From: Octopus sinensis
Lineage: Eukaryota
DNA: 64,000 nucleotides
Assembly (NCBI RefSeq): GCF_006345805.1
Contig: NC_043013.1
Location: forward strand, 25,296,001-25,360,000
Reading direction: 5' to 3'
Position numbers and translations under genes: made by a program. Under the pieces are notes generated by a model. That model did not search any database and was not told the DNA's origin. It was given only the letters and a program-made list of their open reading frames with translations. This document shows positions 63,446-64,000 of this stretch, in pieces (position 1 is the stretch's first letter; each line of letters begins with the position of its first letter).

Positions 63446-64000
63446 AGAGTGGGGGGTTGCTCTGCAACAATATTCAACTATTTGCCAATTAACTTAAAGA
63501 AAGACTTGTGGAATATATTAGAGTTCTGGTAACATGTGCATTCTGATTATGAAATTTTGCGAATCTGTTCATTATACCGAACGAAAAACACTTACAAGGC
63601 AACGACCCACCTTAGTAACACCACAAAACAATTTGTTTCTGTAACCAAAGACTCATCGTTCTAATCATTATTCCCCTCTCTCCCTCTAAAAAGAAAAAGA
63701 AAAAGAAATAAAGGATAACAGTCCCCGAAGTTTTGCAACTTATTGGTGGTAGACAAACATCTGTGCAGAAAGATAAATTTCAGCGAGTAGCGAAGTTGGT
63801 ACCATACCGTTATTCTTACCATTAGAGATTTGGCAATAAAGACAAACGATTTTTATAACAGTGTTCATATTTTGCTAATCGTTATGGAAAATGATTTTTC
63901 GGATAGGAAAAAAGAAATCAAAAAACGATTTCTAAGTTGTTACCAAATAGACAAAATGTGTGAATTAGTATCAGAATGGTACCATTCTTTTAAATATCTA

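Overview
AT-rich, microsatellite- and transposon-dense animal genomic DNA. The repeat families, gene structure and TTAGGG variants point to a coleoid cephalopod, most likely Octopus (inference). One host gene can be reconstructed: the 5' half of an NRAMP/SLC11A (DMT1/Malvolio-like) divalent-metal transporter on the minus strand. It has five well-supported coding exons (24188-24397, 19700-19825, 15185-15263, 12466-12613, 1869-2007) and one tentative exon, all phase-compatible, and it continues beyond the window start. Most of the rest is mobile DNA: a near-intact, very young Ty3/Gypsy provirus (42953-48238, TATC TSD) nested in a decayed DD37D mariner; RTE-clade LINEs; a 1.2-kb DD36E Tc1-like element; mariner and hAT MITEs; non-autonomous Helitron-like elements; Penelope-like fragments; and several tRNA-derived SINE families. 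The most unusual structures are four. (1) An RTE LINE has a six-unit tandem array of its 3' UTR and its RT ORF is interrupted by a TSD-flanked copy of its own 3' end. (2) A tRNA-headed SINE-like element carries a minimal type I hammerhead ribozyme and occurs as an inverted pair in an NRAMP intron. (3) A Penelope-like insertion is flanked by a ~200-bp direct duplication. (4) Several long fold-back structures lie in NRAMP introns and are candidate ADAR substrates. All coordinates were counted by eye; repeat boundaries are approximate.
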